Below are positions 63,825 to 64,000 of a stretch of 64,000 nt of DNA, in pieces (the stretch's first letter is position 1; each line of letters begins with the position of its first letter). The notes under the pieces are model-generated. The model did no database searches. It worked only from the letters and a program-made list of their open reading frames with translations, and was not told the DNA's origin. The stretch comes from Clostridia bacterium (lineage in GTDB: Bacteria; Bacillota; Peptococcia; DRI-13; SM3-B62). A program made the translations under genes and the position numbers. The stretch lies in contig JAHDSQ010000031.1 of the NCBI GenBank assembly GCA_018432615.1, positions 6,009 through 70,008 on the forward strand. Reading direction: 5' to 3'.

Positions 63825-64000
63825 ATGAGCAAGGCAAAGGAAAGACAGCCGGGGTTTAAAGACCTGCAGGATATTTTTAAGGAAATATCCCAAAAGGCGG
63901 CGGTGGACGGAGCATATCGGGAATTATGCCTGAAAGACGCTCAGGCCGCTATCCGGGAAGTAGCGGGGCAGGAGATAGAAATTCTTGAAGGGATTGTTTT
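63825..64000 (+). CDS. Further small ORF, possibly another NHLP-like leader peptide (3' end cut by the window)
   Basis: The ATG is 1 nt after the rSAM stop. MSKAKERQPGFKDLQDIFKEISQKAAVDGAYRELCLKDAQAAIREVAGQEIEILEGIV resembles the ..A..D..FR..LL.DP.AAI.E..G.EIPEG.. part of NHLP leaders. Confidence 0.45.
   Translation, partial: MSKAKERQPGFKDLQDIFKEISQKAAVDGAYRELCLKDAQAAIREVAGQEIEILEGIV

Noticed and set aside
1-64000. Search by eye for mobile-element hallmarks (transposase or integrase genes, terminal inverted repeats, tRNA-adjacent attachment sites), rRNA/tRNA genes, riboswitch/T-box leaders (for example upstream of asnB) and CRISPR arrays
   Set aside because: None was recognised. The only repeats found are intragenic domain duplications, the tandem precursor duplication, the hicB-tail copy and the paralogous regulator modules. 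Absence by eye is not proof, and Infernal/tRNAscan/ISfinder-type scans would be needed.

Overview
The window is a 64-kb segment coded almost entirely on the plus strand. Its gene content points to a Gram-positive anaerobe of the Clostridia: SLH-anchored surface proteins, a SigI/RsgI pair and a LytTR/HPK10-type two-component pair. That taxon is inference only, and all family names come from reading the translations from memory; no searches were run.

The window falls into three blocks.

(i) 1-6.4 kb is a defence-type island. It holds an AlwI-like restriction endonuclease gene that is open at the left window edge, a 968-aa fusion of an archaeo-eukaryotic primase, an SF2 helicase and a PLD/HKD nuclease, and an unknown all-alpha protein split at a G7 run.

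(ii) 6.6-40.3 kb is an accessory surface and regulation region. It holds large secreted PKD/Fn3/LamG/RCC1/SLH proteins and three STAND-type ATPase regulators. It also holds AraC and MerR regulators, sigI-rsgI, hicAB debris, an RNase HI fusion and asnB.

(iii) 41 kb to the right edge is a large composite RiPP locus and the most interesting part. It encodes at least seven proteins ending their leaders in the same (D/E)(D/E)xL(D/E)xVAGG double-glycine motif: three short Nif11-type, two tandem long Nif11-type, one NHLP-type, and one small protein sitting in an anti-sigma position. An eighth precursor-like ORF is cut by the window edge before any such motif.
- It also encodes three radical SAM enzymes and an NHLP-type HlyD/C39-ABC/ABC export set.
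- The remaining genes are a co-transcribed ECF sigma factor, a LuxR/MalT-type regulator, a TetR-MFS pair and an orphan HExxH protein.

No rRNA, tRNA, CRISPR array, transposase or integrase was recognised. Three genes are split by single-nucleotide frameshifts, two of them at G homopolymers.
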